Source of the DNA: Octopus sinensis | Taxonomy: Eukaryota | Assembly (NCBI RefSeq): GCF_006345805.1 | Contig: NC_043001.1 | Coordinates: 66,278,001-66,342,000 of the forward strand | DNA: 64,000 nt | Reading direction: 5' to 3' | In this document: in pieces, positions 38,335 through 51,109 of the stretch | Position numbering within the stretch: position 1 is the stretch's first letter | Layout of the letters: the number at the start of each line of letters is the position of its first letter | Program-made: the position numbers and the translations under genes | The notes under the pieces: generated by a model | Databases searched by the model: none | What the model was told of the DNA's origin: nothing | Seen by the model: only the letters and a program-made list of their open reading frames with translations

Positions 38335-38348
38335 CACATACACACACA
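38285..38348. repeat. (AT)n/(AC)n microsatellite
   Basis: Seen directly. Confidence 0.95.
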
Positions 38349-39210
38349 CTAGCAGAAATACCCAGTGTTGCCCGGGTAAAAGAAAATAATGAAATTTAAA
38401 AACGCTGTCTAGATTATATAGGTCTCAACTGCTTGTAGCACGGTGCAAGTGTCTCTCCAGGTCACTTCCCTGCTTTATAATGTAGGCACTCAGTTGTCAT
38501 TGCACCAATGGAAACTGTAGTGTCATCATAATTGAAAGCTGCTTCATAGAAGTTAGTTCTCTGAGCTGTTGCAACTGCTCTTCATTCTGCAGTGGAGATC
38601 CTATTCCTTGTCAGCTGTGCATACCTTTGTTCATCACTTTGAGATGTTCTGGCTTTTGTAGTGCACAATCTGTTCATTTCTTTGCATGCTTCCCTTTCTG
38701 CAGCTGTCTTGCTTTCCCTGGACAGAGACATACTTTTGGCTGGCCTTAACATTGTAGACAAATTTGACACTTTTCTTCTAGGCATGGTTATATACGTATA
38801 CAGAAATATGTGGGTGCAGAAGATAGTAAACAATGAAAATAACTTGGTAATGGAAATTATGTTTCTTAATATGACAGGCAGAAGCAAATAAGAAATTTTT
38901 ACAGAAAATATAGAATTGTACGGGTTGGAGCGAAATTTGTCACTTAGTGGACCAAAGAGCCGTATCAAAGGAACCAGAAAAAAACCGTGAACAACAGAAA
39001 AACGGAATCTAGTTAAATTGATTCACAAAATCATCCCCCTTTAATTCTGCTCAAACTGCTTTCAATTTTGGTGTATTGATGCAATTCTGAATTGTGGTTA
39101 TGATCAACCAATTACTTTATCTCATAAATTAAAAAATCTGATGTTAATTGGAATTGAAGTTTGGAAAATTTGAGTAATTTTAGCCAGTCAACAGACAGCT
39201 AGACATTAAC
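38349..39210 (-). mobile_element. Helitron deletion derivative with RepHel N-terminal remnant
   Basis: Minus-strand 3' end CCCGGGCAACACTGGGTATTTCTGCTAG. MPRRKVSNL...AAFNYD..VSIGAMTTECLHYKAGK*PGET resembles a RepHel N-terminus. 5' end unclear. Confidence 0.7.
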
Positions 39211-39215
39211 AGCTT

Positions 39216-39229
39216 GTTACCATGACAAC
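39216..39229. promoter_or_regulatory. RFX X-box match
   Basis: GTTACCATGACAAC fits GTHNYYATRRNAAC. Motif match only. Confidence 0.3.
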
Positions 39230-39749
39230 TGCACATTGTGTTGTGTTGATTCCTCACACCACGAGATTTACTTCACCCACGTGTTTTGTTTTAATAAAAA
39301 TTTATATTTAACAATTAGAATTTTATTGTATATATTTTTTGTCAATTGTCTTTATATTTTTCATATTTTTCATATATATTTCAGCAGTTACTGTACTAAA
39401 ACCAAAAGTAATATTGGGTCTCTTGTGGGATGCTTAAGTTGTTTCTTTTGTGTTCGATTTAGTCACAGAAATCCTTTGAAGAAACACAAAAAACGTAGTT
39501 CCAAAAAATTTAAACGTTCCTTTATTTACCTGTAGTTATAACATCACTGATGCTAGAAAATCAGAAGTAAATATTTTTTTTAAATTTTCAAAGACGTGAA
39601 TATAATATAAAAAGCAATATTTTTTTATTTTTAATTAAAAATTCAAATGAAGAGCCTAACATATATCAATGATCAGATTTTTCCTGCATCACAAGTATGG
39701 AAGTAATTGGTGAAACCATTTTCACATGAAAAGTGAATACACACTCATC

Positions 39750-39809
<60 letters not shown>

Positions 39810-40517
39810 GCAACACCAGGTCATCAGCGTCACTCAGGCTCATCACAAATTTCACATAAGACACATGCCTGCTCAAAGAATTTCACATTTTTCTGCTTTA
39901 TTTCTAGTCCCAAAATGGCATTTTCTTTTATATCTAGCACTGTGTCTTCCTCCATTTCTAAGTTAAGGGTAAAAATAAGGCAACCCTGCAAAACACAACA
40001 GATCTTTCACGCAGATGCACGGAATAACAGCAATCAAATTGCAACAGCAGGGTGCACTACAAATATCAGCAATCTGACTGTCACCTGTACTCTTGACAAA
40101 AGATACCATGCTGTCTGGACTACCTTCAAGTTGATGTGTCCAGATTCTGTGCAATACTCTCTCACCTTCATTCCCTTTCTTCATCAGTTCTGACAGTGCA
40201 AGGTCACCCAGATTGTGGGAGATCACTTGCTGCCCCTTGTTTTTCAAAACAACAAACTAAGTTCCTAACTGTGTTTTCACTTGGGGCATCGCTCACTTAA
40301 AAATGTCAATGACATGCTCTCTGGGTTTGAATAATTGCCCCCTAATTTTGAAAGAACAATTTCACCACTTGGAGCAGTGTGTGGTGCCATATTTTTCCAT
40401 AATTAATTTCCAGTATCTAGTCCATAAAATCCCTATCCCTGAAAAGAAAACAAAATTGTCAAAAAATAAAAGAATTATCAAAAACTGCAATCCCTCAGTG
40501 ACTTTGGGGCCATCCTG
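39810..40517 (-). mobile_element. Decayed Tc1/mariner-superfamily element, 5' part
   Basis: TA-CAGGATGGCCCCAAAGTCAC terminus; FEKQGAASDLPQSG*PCTVRTDEE..ESIAQNLDTS. Confidence 0.6.
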
Positions 40518-40951
40518 TATAATATAATTTTAATAACAAATTAGACAAATAACAAATTAAAAGTTCAAATATTCAGTTTATCAATATAAAAGTGTTATAA
40601 AATGTCAAGTCTACACCTCCACACTTTAAGTATCCTTTATATATTACACTATTTCTATATTATTTCAGAATATAAGATGACATTGGCATAAAAGAATTTT
40701 TAACTTGATTTACATTAGCAATATGTGCCACCTTTTAAATACCAAAAGAAGATATTACACGGAATTGACATAATCTGCGGCAGAATTGCTGTAAAATATT
40801 TCATCTGAGATTTATAACAACATTTCTCTGCTTCACAGTCAGGAATATATACAAGATAATTTTAAGGAATTTGCAGCATCTTCAGCTATTGACAAAGTTC
40901 ACAGTTGATGGGAATATTTTTCTGAAATAAAATATAAAAACAAAATATATA

Positions 40952-41770
<819 letters not shown>

Positions 41771-42718
41771 ATTTTAGTACACTAGAGGAGAGTATCTGTA
41801 TTAATGTCAAAAATCATTCTTTGAAGGAAATATATAGCCATAAATGTAATCACACCAGAAATAAGATACATCAGGGTGAAAACAATCTTCCAACCTTTAT
41901 TTTGTATAAATACAACTTTATCTACATTAGAGAAAGAAAACAGTGTTATTTTTATCTATATTAATGAGATCACTGTAATATTTTTAATATAAGAACCTTC
42001 TCTTAGGACACTAATATGGGTGTGTGTGTGTGTGTGTGTGTGCATGTATATATCTATCTCTATATATCTGTCCACATATATCGTTAAGATTTTTTCCATT
42101 TTCCTTGCGCTAGCTTCCTACACTCGTCTGATAGTCAAAAGACCCCATTTGTTTTGTTTTGACTTATTTTTGTTGTAATTCTATAATTATTTTCCTTTTG
42201 TTGTATAGCCAAAAGGCGCTTGTCCATTGTATATGTATTTCATATGTTACATTCATCTGATAGTCGAAAGACCCTTTCTGATGTTTACTTATTTGTTTTC
42301 GTATATGTATATTCATTTGCCTTGCCCAGGGGCTTCATGCTCCCAGCTTAAGCCCTTGACCCAACTGATTTCAAGTAGTATCGGAAATAAGTGAGCGAAA
42401 CTACGTGGACATTCCAAACTCTGACAGAAGAGGCAATTGGCTACAAATGATCTGTGTGTCTTGTTTTGTCCATTTGTTGTGTTTTTCTGTTGTACCTTTG
42501 ATGTGTGCATGCATGTGTTGGAAGAAAGTTAGCTTCAAGCAATCTGTAGTAAATGTATAAAACACCTTTTAGGAACAACAATGATTTATTGACAAATTTT
42601 TTGTATAGAAGTACAATAAGCTAAAAAAAATTCTTTTTATATTTCACAGTAGGAAACCAGGGTTGCCAGGTGTGCAAATAAGAATACAAGAGTTAAGGAA
42701 TGGTATAGGTAAGATCCA

Positions 42719-42802
42719 GGCTACATAAGTTTCATAGCAAGCAGTACGTCGGAAGTAGTAAATATCCAAGCAAGGTGTATACCACAGGTTACTCATCAGG
42801 TC
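42719..42802 (-). ncRNA. Type I hammerhead ribozyme motif with intact catalytic core
   Basis: GAC-CTGATGA-G(long stem II)T-GAAA-CTTATG-TA-GCC. One mismatch in stem I and one in the stem III palindrome. Confidence 0.65.
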
Positions 42803-43072
42803 AAGGGTATCTTCATTAAATGAAAGATTACATTGTCACAAGGAAGTACATGTTAACACATGGCAGATTCAATCAGAATGTGTAGAGAGCAAGGTAAGAG
42901 TGAAGAATATAAATGTGGAGAGAAATTAGAAATATAAGAATATTACTAATTTCTCTCCATATTTATATTCTTCACTCTTACCATGCTCTCTACACATTCT
43001 GACCGAATCTTTAGTGTGTAAACATGTACCTCCTTGCAACAATATAAATTTTCATTTCAGCAAGATACCCTT

Positions 43073-43142
43073 GGCCTGACAAGTGGCCAGCGGTATACAC
43101 CTCAGTTGTATATTTACCGCTCGCTATGAAACATATGTAGCC
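43073..43142 (+). ncRNA. Type I hammerhead ribozyme motif with G8 to A change
   Basis: GGC-CTGACAA-G..AGCGGTA..TACCGCT..T-GAAA-CATATG-TA-GCC. Stems I and II and the stem III palindrome are intact. Confidence 0.65.
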
Positions 43143-43189
43143 TGGATCTTACCTGCTATATATACATATATACATACATATATTACCGT

Positions 43190-43430
43190 GACCGACCAGG
43201 CTATCAGATGTTGCTACACATCGCTGGTCACAATGCGCTTCACATTGTTTTAGCCTTCAAATGACGCCACAAAAGAAAGAGTGAGAGAAAGTTGTGGTGA
43301 AAGAGTACAGCAGGGATCACCACCAACCCTTGCCTCATGAAGCTTTAGGTGTTTTTGCTCAATAAACACTCACAGCGCCCAGTCTGGGAATCGAAACCGC
43401 GATCCAACCACTGGGCCATTGTACCTCCAC
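43190..43430 (-). mobile_element. SINE family C, deleted or chimeric copy
   Basis: gagtgagagaaagttgtggtgaaagagtacagcagggatcaccacc and gggaatcgaaaccgcgatcc are shared with 28766-29119. Confidence 0.8.
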
Positions 43431-43469
43431 ATACATACATACATACATATATAATAATAATAATAACAA

Positions 43470-46390
43470 TAATTGTGTACAGTGCTCAGGTGCACTACAA
43501 CTCATCTAAAGTGTATATATAATCAGGTGTAGTTTCGGCGGATTTCGGAAAGCATGAGGGCCTTAAAGGATGCAGTGTCATGGCAGTCAACAACTGACGC
43601 AGGCAGTTTATTCCACGCTTCAGCAACCCTGAGCGTGAAAAAATGTTTCCGAAAGTCATGGGAGCTGTGTTGTTTTCTGACTTTGTAGGCATGTCCACGT
43701 GTGTTAGACACATGGAGATCAAAAAGGTGTTCAGTGTTGTTGTTGGTGAGGTGGTTGATAACCTTGTGGGTGCTTACCAAGTCCGTCGCCAGACGCCGGA
43801 GCTTCAGTGAATCCATGCCCAGGGAAACAAGGCGCTCAGAATATGGTAGGTGTCTGATGGAGGGTATGCGTTTGGTTGCACGTCTCTGGACAGATTCCAG
43901 GAGGTCAATGTTCTGAGCAAGATAGGGATTCCAAACTGATGATGCGAATTCCAAGTGTGGTCGTACCATAGCTGTATACAGTTTTAAATAGATGGCTGGA
44001 GAGCGGCTAACAAAAGTCTTGCTGAGTGATGCCAAGACACCCTCGGCCTTCTTGACAATTTTAGAGATATGCTTTGACCAACGCAAATCACTGCTGACAG
44101 TGATGCCTAGGTCACGCTCGCAAGAGGATTTTTGATATCAGTGTTGTGGAGGGAGTATGTGGACGCAGGGTTTTTTCTCCCAAAATGCATGGTGGTACAC
44201 TTGTCCACAGCCAGTTTCAGTTGCCAGTCTGTGATCCATTGCTGCATTGTGTCTAGGTCTGATTGCAGGAAAGAGTTGTAGACATCAGGATCAGTCCTCT
44301 TGATTTCAAGGTACAGCTTGATGTCGTCTGCATATTTCAATACTGTGGCATTCTTTAAATTGGCATCTATGTCATTAATGCATGCCACAAACAGGAGGGG
44401 ACCAAGGACAGATCCCTGCGGTACACCCGATGACATCTCATATGGTGTAGAGTGCTGTCCTAGAACTGTGACTACCTCCTTTCGGCTGAGGATGAAGGAT
44501 TTCAACCAGTTAAAAAGGTCATCCCCCACACCCATTGCAGAGAGTTTCACCATAAGCCTTTTGTGTGGCACAGAGTTGAAAGCCTTAGCAAAGTCAAGGT
44601 AGACAACATCCACCCATGAGCCACTGTCAGTGATCTGAGTAATGTCCTCAAGGAACTCGACAAGCTGGTCACTGCAGCTGGAGTTAGGGACAAATCCATA
44701 TTGTGAGGGTCGGATGAGACTGTGAGAGCTCCAGAAGTTCCAGAGTGTTTCTCTGACACACGATTCCATCAGTTCTGCAATACAGCTAGTGAGACTGACT
44801 GGGCGATAGTTGACAGGTGATGTGCGGTCACCCTTTTTGAACAGAGGAATGACACTGGCAGTTTTCCACTGCTCCGGAGTAGCACTATTGTTGAGACAGT
44901 ACTGGAAGAAAATAGAAAGCTGGTGTAAAAGGAAGTGCCTGCCACGTTTGAGAAGCAGGTATGTAACTCTATCGAGACCAGGGGAGGCATAGTTGCACTT
45001 ATTTTGAAGGTGACATCGCAGCATTGCAGGTGTAAATTCCATAGTTGTTATGGAGTTTGCTGTTAGTGATGGTGAAGATGGTACAGTGAATATGTTTGCA
45101 TAGCACTCGGCAATGAGTTCTGCGCATTCCTTGGGGTCGTCAGTGATCTGGTTCATGTGAGGGTTGCGAAGAGGGCCCACTGGAGAGTGAGGTCTCTGCT
45201 TTGAATGCACATATTTCCAGAAAACCTTGCTGTCAGGATTGGCTGCTATGCACTGTTCAAATTCAAGCACTGCATTTTTTGTCACTTGCTTGAGATGGTT
45301 GGAGGATTTATTCCGCTTCTTCCTGTTGGTGTCTGATTTATGCAACTTGTATTCCTGTTCAGCAGTCCGGCGTTCCTTCCTGGCAAGTCGGACCGCTGAA
45401 GTTTCCCAAATTGCCCTTTTGGGGCGGTTCTTCTTTTTTTGTTTACATGGCACTGATGCTGCACATGCTGTCCATATTGAGTCCAGGATACTCTGGAGTA
45501 TAGTATTCACATCTCCAGAGTTGTAGAATTCACGCCAGTTTGGGTGCTGTAGTTCAGTGTGGTACAGGTTCCAATCTGCTCTCTTCCAATCGAAGGAAGC
45601 AGATTGGAGATGGTTCAGGTGTTTGTTGCCCGCAAGAGCCAGATTGGCGATGATCATAGCATGATCAGAGTCACCTAGAGGTTCCTCCGTAGTGCAATTG
45701 ATAACCGCTTCAGGAGTTGTGGTGAAGAGCAGGTCCAAGGTGTTGTCGCCTCTTGTTGGAGAGGTGACTACTTGTGACCAGTTTGAGTCCAGCACAAGCT
45801 CAACAAAATCGTTTGCACTCTGTGGCCAACGGAAGGTTTCCCAATCGATCTCAGGATGATTGAAATCGCCTGCAATAAACACATAAGTGGCTGTTTTCCT
45901 GGCTGCAGCTCGGAGGATGTTGCAAAGCTGTGTGTCCTGATGGTAATTTGGGGGACGATAAACAACGCCAAGCAGGAGTGTTGACATGGTCATACGTACG
46001 TCACAGAAAAAAACTTCTTCTTGTGATTCGTTCAAATCGGCACAAGGAATTACCAAAAAATTTGAACGAACGTAGACCATCACACCACCACCACGGCGGT
46101 TAGTGCGGTCCTTACGGAAGAGGTTGTACCCTGTGATGTTGAAAACCCCATCACAGAGTAAGGAATGCGCCCATGTTTCCGTGACAGTGATGAAGTCAGG
46201 GTCAACACTTCCGACGTAGGCGTTGAACAAATGTATTTTGTTGCATAAACTGCGAGCATTTAAGGACAACAATTTGTACCCTGCTCGCAGTTTATGATGG
46301 TGTGTGGAGGATGGCAGGTTGTCCTGGCTTAGTTTCCCTGAGTTGCTGTAGTCTTTTTAGTTATTGTGGGTAGAGAGCACTCAGACCAGC
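43470..46390 (-). mobile_element. Young CR1-clade LINE with almost intact ORF2 (APE endonuclease plus RT), truncated near the end of ORF1
   Basis: Endonuclease motifs GDFNHPEIDW, LDLL, SDH. RT motifs NYRPVSLT, YLDFAKAF, GVPQGSVLGP, YADD. 3' stem-loop GTGC-ACCTGA-GCAC and (ATT)n tail. Confidence 0.95.
43523..46272 (-). pseudogene. CR1 ORF2 broken by one apparent 1-bp deletion
   Basis: Adding one T to the T5 run at 44129-44133 joins the 721-aa ORF to the 187-aa ORF (IKKSSCERDLGITVSSDLRWSKH). Confidence 0.85.
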
Positions 46391-46473
46391 TGGTATCTCT
46401 CTAATAAATATTAGGGAATAAATCCAAACTTACAGGGAAAAATCAGATTTAGGATTGAATCCAATTTTATAGT

Positions 46474-46680
46474 AATATTATATTATATTAAATTAGAGAC
46501 AAAACCAAAAATTTAAAGACAGCAGGCAGGAAACGATCGTAGTGGATATTAATTATATTTTTTAATAATTGTTACATATTTAAATAATATAAATTAATCA
46601 TATGTATTGGCTTAAGTCTTTCATTGTTTGATTTGCCTCATAGTGGTTTTGTCTCTAATTTAATATAATATATATATATA
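46474..46680. mobile_element. Penelope-like terminal remnant with ~33-bp inverted ends and half a hammerhead
   Basis: atattatattaaattagagacaaaacca versus tggttttgtctctaatttaatataatat; GAAA-CGATCG-TA-GTGGA at 46530-46546. Confidence 0.5.
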
Positions 46681-46689
46681 TATATATGA

Positions 46690-48995
46690 GGTATTTCGTG
46701 TTGCAAGACAGAGTGTGAGAGAGAATCGTGATGTAGGAAAGAAATGTGTCCGCATGGATGATGGTTCTCTTGCACTAAATGAGGCTGCAAAGAGAGAGGT
46801 TTGGAGACGACACTATGAAAGGTTGCTGAACAAAAAAAATGAATGGGATAAAGAGAGTCTGCTGATTGTCGACCCAACAGAGGGACCAGCTATCCGAGTT
46901 GACAGTACCTTGGTAGTTAAAGCAATTAAAAGTATGAAGACAAGCAAAGCCCCCGCCCATCAGGAATTACTGCAGAGATGCTCAAAATATCTGACAGTGT
47001 TGGCATTAGCCTGGTCACCCGTATAGTTAACCAGGTGATACACGAAGGAGTCATACTCAATGACTGGTGTAGCAGCACTATAGTCAACTGCTACAAAGGA
47101 AAAGGTGATGCTTTAGATACAAATAATTACAAAGGTATCAAGCTCTTGGATCAGGTAATGAAGATCACAGAGAGGGTCATAGCCCAACTAATTAGGGAGA
47201 GAGTCAGTTTGGATGAGATGCAGTTTGGTTTCGTGCCAGGGAAAAGCACCACTGATGCTATATTTCTGGTTAGACAGCTGCAGGAGAAATACCTAGCCAA
47301 AGATAAGCCCCTGTACCTGGTTTTCATTGACATGGAGAAAGACTTTGACAGGGTCCCCCGATTCCTTATCTGGTGGTCAATGAGGAAACTAGGGATAGAT
47401 GAATGGTTAGTGAGAGCTGTACAAGCTATGTACAGGGATGCTGTCAGTAAGGTGAGGGTTGGCAACGAGTACAATGAAGAATTCCAGGTAGAGGTAGGGG
47501 TCCACCAAGGTTCAGTCCTCAGCTCCCTCCTATTTATCATAGTCCTCCAGGCAATAACGGAGGAATTCAAGACAGGATGCTCCTGGGAGCTCCTCTATGC
47601 TGATGACCATGCTCTAATTGCTGAGTCACTAACAGAACTAGAGAGGAAGTTTCAAGTGTGGAAACAAGGATTAGAATCGAAGAGCCTTAGAGCCAACCTA
47701 GCTAAAACCAAAGTCCTAATAAGTAGGAAGGCAGGCAAACCACAAATCCCTTCAGGTAGATGGCCCTGCTCGATCTGTAGAAAAGGCGTAGGTAGAAACT
47801 CAATAGGATGTACCCAGTGTAAGCTATGGACACATAAAAGGTGCAGCAATATCAAAGGAAGGCTAACTGGGAAGATAGTTTTCGTATGTGACAGATGCTC
47901 GGGAGCTATAAATAACACTGAAAATGTGCAGAGAACAACTTCCGTTACATTCCAGGGAGAAAAACTAGAAGTAGCTGATAGCTTCCATTACCTAGGTGAC
48001 CAAGTCAGTAGCGGGGGAGGGTGCACTGAAAGTGTAGCTGCTATAATAAGAATAGCCTGGGCTAAGTTCAGAGAGCTCTTACCTCTGCTGGTGACAGAGG
48101 GCCTCTCGCTCAGAGTAAAAGGTAGACTGTACGATGCATGTGTACGAACAGCCATGTTACATGGCAGTGAAACATGGGCCGTGACTGCTGAGGATATGCG
48201 TAAGCTCGCAAGGAATAAAGCCAGTATGCTCCGATGGATGTGTAATGTCAGTGTGCATACTCGACAGAGTGTTAGTGCCCTGAGAGAAAGGTTGGACCTA
48301 AGAAGCATCAGATGTGGTGTGCAAGAGAGATGACTGCGCTGGTATGGTCATGTAGTGGGAATGGATGAGGATAGCTGTGTGAAAAAGTGCCACACCTTAG
48401 CAGTTGAGGGAACTTGTGGAAGAGGTAGATCCAGGAAGACCTAGGATGAGGTGGTGAAGCATGACCTTCAAACAGTGGGCCTCACCAAGGCAATGACTAA
48501 TGACCGGGACCTCTGGAAATATGCTGTGCTGCAGAAGACTCAGCAAGTGCAAGTGTGACCATAACCTTGTGGCCTATGCTAGGGGTGTAACCAGTCCACT
48601 TATGCATGCCTTTTCTTCATTGGACACTAAACTCTGCTTGTGAAGACCAGTTGAGGCAAATGAAATCAAAGTCGAAATCAAACTCGTGACTGGCATCCGT
48701 TGCTAGTAGAGCACTAAGAGTACCATACAAGTGAGATCATTGCCAGAGCAACAGGCTGGCCTTCGTGCCAATGGCATGTTAAGCACACCATTCAAGTGTG
48801 ATTGTTACCGCTTCGCCTTACTAGCACTTGTGCTGGTGCCATGCGAAACATTCGAGTGAGGTCGTCGCCAGTGCCGCTGGGCTGGCTCCTGTGCAGGTGG
48901 TACATAAAAAGCACCATTTGGGCGTGGCCGTTGCCAGTATCACCAAACTGGCCCTCATGCTGGTGGCACGTAAAAGCACCCACTACACTCTCGGA
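46690..48995 (+). mobile_element. 5'-truncated RTE-clade LINE with RT, embedded PHD finger and long structured 3' UTR
   Basis: 451-aa ORF with QFGFVPGKSTTDAIF, GVHQGSVLS, LYADD, C4HC3 insert, LHGSETW. Stop at 48331 where the ORF would continue. 3' UTR has ~60-bp tandem units. Confidence 0.93.
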
Positions 48996-49059
48996 GCTTG
49001 ATGAGCTTTGAAACTTTATATATACATATATATATGTATATAAACTACTATATATATAT

Positions 49060-50370
49060 AAAATCAAAAAGGAAGAAGTTTGCCAATGTTCTGCAGCATG
49101 AGGGCCAGGGACTTGAGCTGTAGTAGGGAAAATCATGACATTGTTGAAGAGAAGCTTGTCTGCATGGTGGATGGTTCATTTGCACTTAGTGATTCTGCAA
49201 AGAAAATGCTAGGAAGTGCCACTATGAAAAGCTGCTGAATGTAGAGAATGGATGGGAGAAGGAGAGTTTACCTAATGTGGACCCAACAGAGGGATCAGCT
49301 ATCTGGTAGATAACACAAGGTTATGAAGGCAGGGAAAGCACCTGACCCACCAAGAATCACTGCTGAGAGGCTTAAAATTTTTGGCGGAGTGGAATATAGT
49401 TAATCAGGTAGTCCACAAGGGAATCATCCCCAATGACTGGTGTAGCAGCATTATAGTCAACTGCTACAAAGGTAATAGTGGTGCCTTACACAGAAATAAT
49501 TACAAGTAATGAAAGTTACAGAGGCCACACCTAAACTGATAATGAAGAGAGTTAGCCTTGATGAGATGCAGTTTGGTCTTGTGCCAGGGAGAAGAACTAC
49601 AAAAAGAAGAACTGCAAAAGAAGTATTTAGCAAAATATAAACCTCTGTACTCAGCTTTTGTCAACATGGAGAAAGCCTTTGACAGGGTACCCTGTTCCCT
49701 CATCTGGTGCTCAATGTGGAAGCTAAGGATAGATGAGTGGTTAGTGGGAGCTGTACAAGCCATGTACAGGGATGCTGTCATAAGGTGAAAGTTGGCAAAG
49801 AGTATAGCTACAAATTTGGTGTACAGGCAGGAGTCCATCAAGGAAGAGTCTTCAGCCCTCTCTTGTCTACCAGAGTGCCCCAGGCCATAATAGAGAAATT
49901 TAAGACTGGTTACCTTTGGGAACTTCTCTATGGTGATGGCTTTGTTCTTATAGATGAATATCTGCTAGAATTAGAGAGAAATTTCATGTGTGGAGACAAG
50001 GACTGAAATCAAAGGGCCTTTAGGTTAATTTAGCAAATACCAACGTTCTAGTAAGTAGAAAAGCAGACAAATTACTAATCTCTGCATAGAGATGGTCCTG
50101 TTCAACATGTAGCAAAGGTATTGATAAATATTCCATACAATGTACTCAGCGCAAGCTATAGACACATAATAGCTGCAGCAGTATCACAGAGATTTAACAA
50201 AGCAGTCTTTGTATGTGGCAGATGTGCAGATATGTTAAGCACTAAGAATGTACATGAAATAGACTTCCTCAAATGTCTGGGGAGATTCTTAGAAATAATA
50301 GATAGCTCTCAGTATCAACGCTACCAAGTTAGCAGTGGAGGAGAATGCTCTGAAAGTGTAATTGCTTTCA
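49060..50370 (+). mobile_element. Decayed copy of the PHD-RTE family
   Basis: AFVNMEKAFDRVP, GVHQGRVFSP, PHD remnant CSTC..IQCTQ..VCGRC. Confidence 0.85.
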
Positions 50371-50569
50371 TACTCATCTTTAAAATGTATCAGTATTATA
50401 TCCAAAGAGATAAACAGTAGTGATGAGATGCCCAGGTGGCACTTCAAGGTACAAGGTGAGTAGAAGTGAGTGGGAACAGAGAAACTTGAAATGTGAGTGG
50501 GTGGGAGTTTGCAAGAGAGTATGGGAGGGTGCAAGAGATATGGGAAATGGGAGAGGGGAGGCATGCAAC

Positions 50570-50720
50570 ATCTTTAAGTGCCCAGTTTTCCTCTCAGCAC
50601 ATTTATATTTATTGTTCATTGAACATTCATTTAAGCATGCTCACCTCATTTCTTTTCAGTTTTCTCAGGTTCCTCTGTGTTCAAAGTCTCACTTCCATGC
50701 AGTATTACAATTCTAACATA
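50570..50720 (-). mobile_element. Short PHD-RTE fragment
   Basis: Direct repeat of 51345-51490, which encodes the GSET..EDLRKLE region on the minus strand. Confidence 0.65.
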
Positions 50721-51109
50721 AGTGTCTTGGTGTATGAATTAGGGAAGAAGAGAGAAAGAGAGAGCAACAAGATAGTAAAGATAGTAGAGTACGGTGATAA
50801 GGGGGAAATAACATGTCATTAGGTAGGCTGCAGGAATGGGGAAAAGAGAGGCAAAGATAATTTGGTGGTCCAATTAGTGTGGGGGAGGAGATGATGTAAC
50901 ATGAGGGTTTAGAGAACAATACTAATGGATGAAGGATGACTAATAAGTGAAATAAATCTGCTTAGCAGCAAATAAAAGTGGTGTTGGAAGTGGAGGAAGT
51001 TATAGCAGGAGATATAGGCAGTGTGGGAGACAATATGAGGAGGAGACTGAGTGAGGTGTCTATTTGTGCACATTTATATAATATATAGACACACACTGCT
51101 TCCAGTCAG

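Larger units (their letters stand above)
42704..43154. mobile_element. ~450-bp imperfect palindrome with 4-nt loop, probably inverted Penelope-like terminal repeats
   Basis: Arms pair from aggtaagatccagg / cctggatcttacct inward to aatat-aaga-atatt (loop 42936-42939). A hammerhead motif lies in each arm. Confidence 0.85.

Noticed and set aside
42128-42272. Two CTGATAGTC(G/A)AAAGACCC motifs 129 bp apart as a retrozyme-like tandem
   Set aside because: The core lacks G8-A9 spacing and a second GAAA, and similarity between the units is weak beyond the motif.
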